Source: an uncultured bacterium
GTDB lineage: Bacteria; Desulfobacterota_D; UBA1144; Nemesobacterales; UBA2774
Direction of reading: 5' to 3'
Assembly (NCBI GenBank): GCA_963705505.1
Contig: CAVPJU010000003.1
Span: forward strand, 24,021 to 88,020
Length of the DNA stretch: 64,000 nt
The notes below the pieces were generated by a model. That model was given only the letters and a program-made list of their open reading frames with translations. It had not been told where the DNA came from and made no database searches. Position numbers and translations under genes: made by a program. This document shows, one piece after another, positions 38,548 to 46,984 of the stretch. Every line of letters starts with the position of its first letter. Within the stretch, counting starts at the first letter, position 1.

Positions 38548-38792
38548 AGCCTCTTCGTCCGATAATCCGCTTCTCAGCTCTATTCCAAACACCTGGCGTC
38601 CGTCCGGGACCGCATGCTTTATAGGTTAATTATACGATGGAAAAGGGAGAAAGTTTTAAAGCCTGCCGTTAGATTCGAATTACAACACAGGGAAGCTCGT
38701 AAAGGAATAGTGGAGTACCGAGAAAAAGAAAAGGGCAGCCGGACGGCTGCCCCTCTCGAATTGATGGTTTATCTAAGATGTGGAACTGCAGG

Positions 38793-39613
38793 CTAGGAAT
38801 GTGATGCCCGGCGTCTGCGGAGCGCAATCAAAGCCAGGATTCCGAACGTCCCCGCAGTAAGTATCATCCCCCATTCGGAGAGCGTCGGCACATCAACCTG
38901 AAGCAGGCCGCCGTCTATGAACACATTGTCCAGCTGACAGAACGCGGGACCCGAAAAATTCTCGGGAACAATCCAGTCGAAGCTTATCCTGACTCTTTGA
39001 CCGGCAAACCCGCTGACATCCACCGTGGCCGTTTGATTTCCCCCCGTATCGGGTAATGCAGTAGTCCCCGCTACCGCTGTAAGAATAAGGTCGGTTTGAA
39101 GCGGAGCGCCTCCGCGTGCCGGCTCTATATTTACTTCAAAAGTCCTGTTTAGAGTAGCTCCGAAATTGAGCAAGTCCCAGCCGCACTGGTATTCGAACGA
39201 CAACGTGGTCGCTCCCGGCGCTAGTCCTACATCCTGAGCTAAGCTTATTGTTCCGGGTCCGTTCCCGTCGAAACCTGTCAACGCCGCAAAAACTCCCTGC
39301 GGAGGGTCGCTTGTGAATAAACCGAAATCCGGGGATATCCCCGCTACGCCTACCTGGAGGGGGAAAAAGGGATCGGACAGATCCTGCGTGACCCAGCCAG
39401 CTAAAAGTTGCCTCTTTCGAATCCGCAATTTATGACGGGGTTCGGTAAGGCCTCGCAATTAAATCCGTCGACTGCGTAAGCGCTTTCCGCGGGCCTGAAA
39501 AATATTAAAACAGAGAAGATCGAAAGAATTAAAACCGATTTAAGAACAGCGGAGCCAAAAACCGCAATCACGCGACTCTGCAATAAGCCGCTCACTTTAA
39601 CTTTATCCATCAT
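38793..39613 (-). CDS. Secreted protein with a C-terminal IPTL-CTERM sorting signal, interrupted by a frame shift within the 39404-39458 overlap (ORFs 39401-39613 and 38793-39458)
   Basis: The upstream ORF supplies a signal peptide. The downstream ORF ends PTLSEWGMILTAGTFGILALIALRRRRAS, which matches the IPTL-CTERM motif (PTLSEWG + TM + Arg cluster). The two frames overlap across 39401-39458; a G4 run lies in that window. Confidence 0.45.
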
Positions 39614-39807
39614 CCTTCCTCCCTGGGATTATATATATTCATGCATAATTCTATTTCTTTATCCATTTTACTATAAATTCATATGCAATAGAAGGAGGAA
39701 TATTCAAGCAACATGACGGGGCGGTATTATGTTGAATTCCAGCCGCCATACTCGGCGAAGAAGGACGAAGTGAAGATCAGGCTTTTCTTTAATGTGTGAG
39801 CCGAAGC

Positions 39808-39841
39808 GCATGTGACAAGTGACAGTCGTGCAGGGTATATA
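39808..39841. repeat. 34-bp direct repeat, left copy (GCATGTGACAAGTGACAGTCGTGCAGGGTATATA)
   Basis: Identical to 40955-40988. Together they flank the AlbA_2 gene. Confidence 0.7.
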
Positions 39842-39951
39842 GTTCTGCGAAGGGAGGGTAAGTCGATATTATCTTGTTTTTCACACACAGCATCATCGAA
39901 GAATTGAATTAACTCAATAGTTTAATTATTCTATAACCGGAAATTCTACCA

Positions 39952-40767
39952 ATGAATAATTTTTTTGATAAAGCAACATACACCGAAGACGATATCAATG
40001 ATTTGATTAATAACCAGATTGAGGAGGCAATAGATTTAGAATTTAAAGAAGCTGGTGCATTAAATAATACTGACTCAAATAAAAACGAAATCTCTAAAGA
40101 TGTCGCTTCTTTTGCAAATTCGGCAGGTGGAATAATTGTATATGGTATTAGTGAAACAGAGCATAAGGCAACTTCAACATCATTGATTGACGGTAATAGA
40201 ATCACAAAAGAGTGGCTTGAACAAGTAATTCATTCAAACATAAAACAAAAGATAGACAATATAGAAATATTTCCTGTCAGATTTGATAATGATATCGCTC
40301 GGTCCGTGTATATCGTAAAGATACCGCAAAGCAATTCTAGTCCTCACATGTCTCGTGACAACAAATACTATAGAAGATATAACTTCCAATCAGTTCCAAT
40401 GGAAGAATATGAAGTCAGAAATCTTTATTACATGACTCATAGAACAGAACTTGAAATTGTAGAGGTTGCTATAGCAGGTTACGGAAGCACGGGAACTCTA
40501 AAAAGTGGTTTACACATTATAACTTTTAACCTGCAAATGAAGGTATATAATTCGGGTAAATCCATTGAGAACAATTATAAAATTAAACTCCATATACCTA
40601 ATATAATCCTTGCTGCCCGCGAACCGAAAATGACTAAATATTCACTTGAACATCAAACTGAAAAATATTCACTCATATCTTTTCCTAATTGTTCACCGCT
40701 ATTTCCCGAAGAGCCTGCGTATTCGGAAACCTCCAGTGTTGTAATTTCAAAAAAAACCTTACGATAA
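39952..40767 (+). CDS. AlbA_2/Schlafen-like putative DNA-binding domain protein (N-terminus) with an uncharacterised C-terminal domain; low-GC accessory gene
   Basis: The N-terminus matches the AlbA_2 pattern (LEFKEAGALN...ISKDVASFANSAGGIIVYGISE). The gene is markedly AT-rich with different codon usage from its neighbours and is bracketed by the 34-bp direct repeats. Confidence 0.55.
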   Translation: MNNFFDKATYTEDDINDLINNQIEEAIDLEFKEAGALNNTDSNKNEISKDVASFANSAGGIIVYGISETEHKATSTSLIDGNRITKEWLEQVIHSNIKQKIDNIEIFPVRFDNDIARSVYIVKIPQSNSSPHMSRDNKYYRRYNFQSVPMEEYEVRNLYYMTHRTELEIVEVAIAGYGSTGTLKSGLHIITFNLQMKVYNSGKSIENNYKIKLHIPNIILAAREPKMTKYSLEHQTEKYSLISFPNCSPLFPEEPAYSETSSVVISKKTLR

Positions 40768-40954
40768 TCCAGAGAATTTTAAACTGAAGTCGTTATTATA
40801 TTACTCCAATGGCATTAAAGAATATTTATATGACCTGAGAGAACTCCTAATCATAGAGGATAACCTCATCTGTAAAGAAATGTTTGTGGGTGATTGAATT
40901 ATTCTCTTTAGGTTTTACGATCTGTTTCGTATGTGACTTGCCCCGTAATCCCCC

Positions 40955-40988
40955 GCATGTGACAAGTGACAGTCGTGCAGGGTATATA
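40955..40988. repeat. 34-bp direct repeat, right copy (identical to 39808-39841), followed by a partial inverted copy (CTGTCACTTTGTCACTTGG)
   Basis: Exact match, then an imperfect inverted repeat of the TGTGACAAGTGACAG core at 40999-41017. Confidence 0.7.
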
Positions 40989-41158
40989 CCCCGGACATCT
41001 GTCACTTTGTCACTTGGTGCCATCCCTATACCCTGCATCGGCGGCGGATTGCGCAAACTCTACTTTCTTTTCCCTTCCTTTTGTAATCATTGTTAGATAT
41101 TATTTAGACGTATTTCAATATACCTCGCGCGTCTCTGTAGGGGTGACGGAGGCAGTGA

Positions 41159-41398
41159 GTGAGGGTAATAATCTGCGGGTCTCCGCAGTGGACTTATGAC
41201 GAAATAGTAAAGGACGAGGTGGTCCGTCTGCGCCGGGAGTCGAGATTGTCCGGCAGGAAGCTCCTTATCATTCACGGCGCGACCGTCCCGAAACCGTTGC
41301 GCATGAGTATTGCAGAAACTCGGCATCGATACCATGGTACAGAATGCCGTCTGGGTAATGGGGCAGAACTGCTATTTCGCGGAGAACCGAGATCATGA
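41159..41398 (+). pseudogene. Possible remnant of a DUF2493/SLOG-family gene (MRVIICGS...IIHG...)
   Basis: 79-aa ORF whose N-terminus resembles DUF2493 (MRV..CGSR.WTD....HGG), but it is truncated and divergent. Confidence 0.2.
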
Positions 41399-41741
41399 GG
41401 AAGCTTTAATCCACAAATGGCCCTTGTGGGGAACACTACCATGCTTACCTTGAACAATTAGATTCTGCACGCGGCTTGCTCTTGGCCGCCCGATGATCGA
41501 TTACAAGAGCATGACTTGAGAGATGTTTATGAAGGTAGGATACTGGTCCAGAGGCTAGTTCAGTTTTAAAAGTCATAAATCTGGCGGAGTTCAAATTACG
41601 CAAAATCATAAGAGATGTACCAGAGAAGGAAAAAGAAGTTCAAGATGCTTTTGAGAATCTTCTCATAGGTGCAGATATACCTTATTCTAAGGAGGCGGAA
41701 AGCATTGAATACTCTACTAAAAATTCCTCAACTATCACAAA

Positions 41742-41900
41742 CCCGACCTGGTCATCTGCTTCGCCCTGTCGTTCAAGGAGAGCGCTGTCGCCGCCGATAT
41801 GATAAAGAGAGCGGAGGTGAAGGGGATCAAGACCAAGGCGATAGACTACGTGAGCATCGTGAAACGCAACAGCGACGATATCCCGATAAGGCCGGTGTGA
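41742..41900 (+). pseudogene. 3' remnant (52 codons, GC-rich) of a host gene whose 5' part has been replaced by AT-rich foreign DNA
   Basis: The in-frame peptide PDLVICFALSFKESAVAADMIKRAEVKGIKTKAIDYVSIVKRNSDDIPIRPV* has no start codon and a sharp GC shift at about 41742. Upstream AT-rich frames encode unrelated peptide fragments. Confidence 0.3.
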
Positions 41901-42047
41901 AGCCATAGGTGATGACCCGAAGGGAAGGAAATGTAATCCCCCTGCGGATTCCAATCATAAAACCACACTACGTGTGCCCATTAGAAAAATATCCCCCTTA
42001 TGGCATAATTATTTCTCCCTAAACAAAGCACACAAGGAGGAGTTTTT

Positions 42048-43454
42048 ATGGCCAGTAAAAATACGAGAACAGAATACGATTCGATGGGGGAGATGGAAGT
42101 CCCCTCAAGCGCATATTACGGCGCCCAGACGGCGAGGGCGATAGAGAATTTCCCCATCAGCGGCATACGCAAGCACGCCCTGCTCGTGAAGGCGATGGGG
42201 ATGATAAAGCTCGCCGGCGCGGAGGCCAACATGGAGCTCGGTCTCCTGAGCAAGAAGACAGGCAGCGCGATAGTGAGGGCGGCAAAGGAGGTCATCGACG
42301 GGAAGCTCGACGACCACTTCATCCTCGACGTTTTCCAGACGGGGTCCGGCACGTCCACCAACATGAACACGAACGAAGTGATAGCCAACCGCGCGAACGA
42401 AATAATCGGGGGCAGGAAAGGAGACAAGTCGGGTATCCATCCGAACGACCACGTTAACATGGGACAGTCGAGTAACGACGTTTACCCGACGGCGATACAC
42501 GTCTCGGCGATCCTCGCGATAAACGAGATACTCATGCCCGCGCTCAAGAACCTCGAGAAGGCGCTTTCAGCAAAGGCGCGCGAGTTCAACAAGATAGTCA
42601 AGATCGGACGCACGCACCTCCAGGACGCTACCCCCATCAGGCTCGGCCAGGAGTTCAGCGGCTACGCGAGCATGATAACGCACGGCATCAGGAGAGTGGA
42701 GCACGCGAGGGAAGAGCTGTCAGAGCTCGCGATAGGCGGCACCGCTGTCGGCACCGGGATCAACACGCATCCGAAATTCGCCGGGCTCGTCGTGAAGAGG
42801 CTCAGCAAAATGACGGGGACGAAGCTGAGGGAGGCGGAGAACCATTTCGAGGCCCAGGGATCCAAGGACGCCGTAGTCGAGGCGAGCGGGTCTCTCAAGA
42901 CCCTCGCCGTGAGCCTCATGAAGATAGCGAACGATATAAGGTGGCTCGGGAGCGGCCCGCGCTGCGGGATAGGGGAGATAATGATTCCTGCCGTCCAGCC
43001 GGGCTCGTCGATCATGCCGGGGAAGGTGAACCCCGTCATACCCGAAGCCGTGTGCCAGGTGGCGGCGCAGGTCATAGGGAACGACCTCACGATTACCATA
43101 GGCGGACAGTTCGGGAACTTCGAGCTAAACGTCATGATGCCGGTGAAGGGGCACAACCTTCTCCAGTCCATAGAGCTCCTGGGCAAGGTCTCTCAGGTAT
43201 TCACCGACAAGTGCGTGAAGGGTATAAAGGCCGACAGGAAGCGCTGCGAGGAGATGATAGAGAAGAGCCTCGCCATGTGCACGAGCCTGGCGCCCGTCAT
43301 CGGATACGATAGCGCCGCCAAGATAGCGAAGGAGGCCTACGAGACGGGCAAGACCGTGAGGCAGGTCGCTCTCGAGAAGAAGGTGCTCCCGGCTGAGAAG
43401 CTGAAGCAGCTCCTCGACCCCTGGTCTATGACGGAGCCCGGGACAAAGAAGTAG
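42048..43454 (+). CDS. aspA: Aspartate ammonia-lyase (aspartase)
   Basis: RBS AAGGAGGAG. Contains the fumarase/aspartase signature GSSIMPGKVNP. The N-terminal and internal blocks (AYYGAQTARAIENFPISG, NMNTNEVIANRANEI, GRTHLQDATPIRLGQEF) match E. coli AspA more closely than FumC. Confidence 0.75.
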   Translation: MASKNTRTEYDSMGEMEVPSSAYYGAQTARAIENFPISGIRKHALLVKAMGMIKLAGAEANMELGLLSKKTGSAIVRAAKEVIDGKLDDHFILDVFQTGSGTSTNMNTNEVIANRANEIIGGRKGDKSGIHPNDHVNMGQSSNDVYPTAIHVSAILAINEILMPALKNLEKALSAKAREFNKIVKIGRTHLQDATPIRLGQEFSGYASMITHGIRRVEHAREELSELAIGGTAVGTGINTHPKFAGLVVKRLSKMTGTKLREAENHFEAQGSKDAVVEASGSLKTLAVSLMKIANDIRWLGSGPRCGIGEIMIPAVQPGSSIMPGKVNPVIPEAVCQVAAQVIGNDLTITIGGQFGNFELNVMMPVKGHNLLQSIELLGKVSQVFTDKCVKGIKADRKRCEEMIEKSLAMCTSLAPVIGYDSAAKIAKEAYETGKTVRQVALEKKVLPAEKLKQLLDPWSMTEPGTKK

Positions 43455-43627
43455 ATCCGGGATTGGGAGAAACATCGGGGAAATCCTTCCTGCAGCGACC
43501 AATAATTTCCCTCTCCCTTGAGGGACAGTTGTAAGTGAGCGTGCAACTGGTCACGCCAGGACGAAGGCATTGAAACCACTTAACTTCGGTATAATGCTGC
43601 CTAAACCAAATTAGGGTTGTGGTGAGG

Positions 43628-43709
43628 TGTCATTTCGACCGGAGGGAGAAATCTGTTTTCAAATAGTAAAGAATAAAAGATAGATTTCTCATGTACATTC
43701 GAAATGACA
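43628..43709. repeat. Family A-prime hairpin element (TGTCATTTCGACCGGAGGGAGAAATC ... TCGAAATGACA) with an expanded AT-rich loop
   Basis: Shares the 25-nt core with the copies at 36836 and 46793. The arms TGTCATTTCGA/TCGAAATGACA are complementary. Confidence 0.45.
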
Positions 43710-43770
43710 AGGTAGGCAAGGTATATATCTCCCCGCCCATTTCAGACAGGGGAATTGCAGGAGGCAAATC

Positions 43771-44556
43771 ATGAACGTAAAAGAGCTATTCGACCTCACG
43801 GGTAAGACGGCCGTAGTCACGGGGGGCTACACGGGCATAGGCAGGCAGATGGCTCTTGCGCTTGCTGAAGCAGGCGCTGACGTGGTCATATGCGCGAGGA
43901 ACCTCGAGGGCTGCGTAGCTGCAGCGGAAGAGATAAGCAGGTACGCGGGAGTAAAGACCCTACCCCTCAAGTGCGACGTCTCCGACGAAGCCGATGTTAA
44001 GAAGATGGTCGGGGATACGATCAAGAAATTCGGGACGATAGACATACTCGTCAACAACGCGGGCATCGCCATGGGCGGGCTCCCTCAGGACACGGCAATC
44101 GAAGACTGGGAAAAAGTCCTCAAGATAAACCTCACCGGCACGTTCCTCTGCTGCAGGGAAGCCGGGAAGGAGATGATAAAAGCGAACAGCGGGAAGATAA
44201 TCAACATATCCTCCGTAATGGGCTACCAGACGACGTCCCTCGTGAGCGCCCCCGCCTACGTCGCCTCGAAGGGCGCCGTTGTCACGCTGACGAAGGACCT
44301 CGCGGTGAGGTGGATACAGCATAACATCAACGTAAACGCGATCGCCCCCGGATGGTTCCCGACCAACATGACCGAGCCCGTGATAAGCCCCGAGCTCATG
44401 AACAAAGGGGACGAGCTGCTCGAGTCCATACCGGCGGGAAGGTTCGGGGGAGAGGACGACCTCAAGGGCGCGACCGTGCTGCTCGCGTCGAGGGCGTCCG
44501 ACTACATCACCGGAGAGGTGATCGTGGTAGACGGCGGCACACTTTCGAGATACTGA
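43771..44556 (+). CDS. Short-chain dehydrogenase/reductase (SDR) family oxidoreductase
   Basis: TGGYTGIG cofactor motif, NNAG, and catalytic S...YxxxK (YVASK). Confidence 0.8.
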   Translation: MNVKELFDLTGKTAVVTGGYTGIGRQMALALAEAGADVVICARNLEGCVAAAEEISRYAGVKTLPLKCDVSDEADVKKMVGDTIKKFGTIDILVNNAGIAMGGLPQDTAIEDWEKVLKINLTGTFLCCREAGKEMIKANSGKIINISSVMGYQTTSLVSAPAYVASKGAVVTLTKDLAVRWIQHNINVNAIAPGWFPTNMTEPVISPELMNKGDELLESIPAGRFGGEDDLKGATVLLASRASDYITGEVIVVDGGTLSRY

Positions 44557-44741
44557 GACGCGGAATCCGTGCTGATGTACGATCCATTCGTCAATCCTCT
44601 GCCTCGCCTGCACTCTCATTACGAGCCCTTCGACATCGCTCAGGACAGGCTTGGCGCGATTCTTTATACCGTCATTGCGAAGAAGCGACTGCGGCAATCT
44701 CATCTTTTTCCCGCTATTCCCGCCTTAAAAGAAAAGAAGCA

Positions 44742-45320
44742 TCAAAAGAGCCTGCCCTCACCGTAGGCGTGAAAGATCGACTTCATGTGCTCGTCCACCC
44801 TCGCGCAAAGGAGCTGAAGCAGGAGGCATTCGAGGGACGATATAAGAAGGAGTATGAGAGCAGCGTAAAAGAACGCTTCGTTATAACCTATCATAAACGT
44901 ATATATGACGAATATGTATCCTGCCAGTCCCGACGCCTTCGTCAGGTAAAGATGGAGGTTGGCTATCCTCCTGAACTTTATCCACCCGACGGCGAAGGAA
45001 AGGGCTTCGACGACGATCCAGGCGGATAGGAGGAGCTTATGCCCGGTAAAGATTTCGGGCTTCAGCAGTAAAACGGAGGCCACGATCGATATTTCAATAA
45101 GAGTATCGGCGATCGAATCGAGCCTGCTCCCGTAAGCCGTGACGAGACTCCATTTGCGGGCGATAAATCCGTCGAGCGCGTCCGTGAGACCCGCAGCGAT
45201 GAGCGCTGCGCCGACGTAGAACGGCTGGTTCAATAGAGCGAGCGCCCAGATGACCGGAACAAGGAGGAGCCTGAGCACACTCAACACATTCGGTATCGAT
45301 TGATGGGAGATGGTTTTCAT
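44742..45320 (-). CDS. CDP-alcohol phosphatidyltransferase family membrane protein
   Basis: DALDGFIAR family motif plus several TM helices. Start at ATG 45320 preferred over the GTG at 45347. Confidence 0.7.
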   Translation of the reverse strand: MKTISHQSIPNVLSVLRLLLVPVIWALALLNQPFYVGAALIAAGLTDALDGFIARKWSLVTAYGSRLDSIADTLIEISIVASVLLLKPEIFTGHKLLLSAWIVVEALSFAVGWIKFRRIANLHLYLTKASGLAGYIFVIYTFMIGYNEAFFYAALILLLISSLECLLLQLLCARVDEHMKSIFHAYGEGRLF

Positions 45321-45656
45321 CGAGGACCATCCGGGAGAGATCAGCACCTTTGAGACTCCGCAGCATTTTGCCGTCTCGTTGAGAATTCTAACCGATAACG
45401 GCCCGCGGGAATATCGCGCGGCCGCCCCTCAAAGTGCTTCGAATACAGGAAGCGGAGACGCGCCTTTAGAGAGAGCGCAGCGAATGTTCAGTAGAGATAC
45501 CGGCCTTCACGGACCCGGAGCCTGCCCCCGCCTAAATTACTTAAATAATTGGGCCATGCCTGCATTATTAGCACATGCGTCTCTTAACATTACCTTAATA
45601 TACGTATCCCGCCAGAATGAAACGATTATTAATTTGTGCATTTGCGAATAAAACCC

Positions 45657-45684
45657 TTGACATCATCCCGATCCTGTTTATATT
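45657..45684 (+). promoter_or_regulatory. Sigma70-type promoter TTGACA-N16-TATATT upstream of the phasin-like gene
   Basis: Consensus -35 at 45657-45662 and -10 at 45679-45684, about 33 nt upstream of the AGGAGG RBS. Confidence 0.45.
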
Positions 45685-45717
45685 GTTCATAGAAAAAACT
45701 TATCAGGAGGTTATACC

Positions 45718-46155
45718 ATGTCCGAATCAACAAAGAAGGCGGCTTCGAAAGTTAAGGAATTTGCGGAGCCTGTAAAGGAGTTTTCAGGTTTAGTAAAAGA
45801 GAATTACCTGAACGGGTTGGAATTCACGTTCTCGCTCTTCGAGCAGAATCTGAAAGCCCTCACCACTCAGGCAGATCATATGTTCGATCTCGAAAAGGAG
45901 TTCGTAACAAACGTAAGCGGCTTCTATAAGGAATTCCCGAAGGACCTGCCGTTCGTAAAAGAACTGCCGTATGACGGGAGCGTTAAAAAGATTTCCGAGC
46001 AGCTTGACCGCTATATTACATACCGTAAAGAGCAGCTCCAGACCGCTAAGAACATGTCCGAAAAATTCGCGAAGGACGCTCGCGCTATGGCTCAGGAAAA
46101 TATCGAAAGGACGTTCTCCCTCTTCGGCGAATACTTCAACCTCTTCAACGCCTAA
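45718..46155 (+). CDS. Hypothetical coiled-coil protein, possibly phasin-family-like
   Basis: Strong AGGAGG RBS and consensus promoter. 145 aa, all-helical, Lys/Glu-rich. The family assignment is tentative. Confidence 0.35.
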   Translation: MSESTKKAASKVKEFAEPVKEFSGLVKENYLNGLEFTFSLFEQNLKALTTQADHMFDLEKEFVTNVSGFYKEFPKDLPFVKELPYDGSVKKISEQLDRYITYRKEQLQTAKNMSEKFAKDARAMAQENIERTFSLFGEYFNLFNA

Positions 46156-46416
46156 TACGGTACCGGGACTCTTACAATCTGAACTCAATTTCAGGCGATG
46201 ATGGAATTCCAGGTGTGTGAAGGTTTCATGCACCTGGAATGTTTTCCCTTCCCGCCGGATCCGCGGGGCCGGTCGGCCTGCAATTTATACCTGTCTAGTC
46301 CCTGTCTCAGGCCGTATAAAATCAGTCACCGGAAATTAGCGGTGCCTCCCAAAATCAATTATAATGTAGCCATTGACCGCACTACCGGTTTAAATAATAT
46401 TCCCGGGGGTAATAAA

Positions 46417-46695
46417 GTGATCCGCCTTCTGCTCATAGTGCTGACCGTTATACTGATCCTCCCTGTGATCGGCTGCAACACATTCAAGACGGGGAAGGAC
46501 ATCGCTATCGACAATCCGATGAGTGAATCCAAAAAGAAGCAATCGTTAAACGACGCGAGGCAGGAAGTTGAAAAGTCGAGATACCTCCTCGACCAGTGCC
46601 TCCGGGCCAATTCGGGCGACCAGACGAGGTGCCAGAGCCAAAAGGACACTTACGATAAGGACGTTGCGGATTACGTCTCGCTGCAGACCGATTGA
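46417..46695 (+). CDS. Small lipoprotein (lipobox VIGC)
   Basis: GTG start with a GGGGG RBS. Signal peptide IRLLLIVLTVILILPVIGC followed by a polar 70-aa body. Confidence 0.5.
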   Translation: MIRLLLIVLTVILILPVIGCNTFKTGKDIAIDNPMSESKKKQSLNDARQEVEKSRYLLDQCLRANSGDQTRCQSQKDTYDKDVADYVSLQTD

Positions 46696-46792
46696 TGAGA
46701 ACGGCCCGGGCGGTGTCCCATGGAAGGCACGATAGAAGTAATTTGAGAAAGGGGGAATTTACTAAGCTCGTTCTCCTCGTCCCCACCCACAC

Positions 46793-46866
46793 TGTCATTT
46801 CGACCAACGGGAGAAATCTCATCATTTTGTCATTCCCGAAAATCGGGAATCCGGTATTTCGTCATT
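46793..46866. repeat. Family A-prime hairpin element copy (TGTCATTTCGACCAACGGGAGAAATC...) plus a second hairpin (ATTCCCGAAAATCGGGAAT)
   Basis: Core shared with the copies at 36836 and 43628. Confidence 0.4.
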
Positions 46867-46984
46867 AAAATAAATTGCAGGAGCGGCTTACAGCCGCGAT
46901 CCGTTTTACATTAAACCCCCCCCTAACGGGTTTAAGACTCCCCTTGTTAGCAATGAATCTGTAGTGAGGACGGATAGGGAGGGA

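Noticed and set aside
39808-40988. Two identical 34-bp direct repeats, considered as a possible minimal CRISPR array
   Set aside because: There are only two copies, about 1.1 kb apart, with a protein-coding gene between them. There is no regular spacer architecture and no cas genes. They are better explained as insertion-boundary or att-like repeats.
41400-41740. AT-rich segment whose translation (VINLAEFKLRKIIRDVPEKEKEVQDAFENLLIGADIPYSKEAESIEYS) might be a small intact defence gene
   Set aside because: There is no start codon or RBS in frame and it is interrupted by stops in all frames within 350 nt. It is treated as a degraded fragment of foreign origin.
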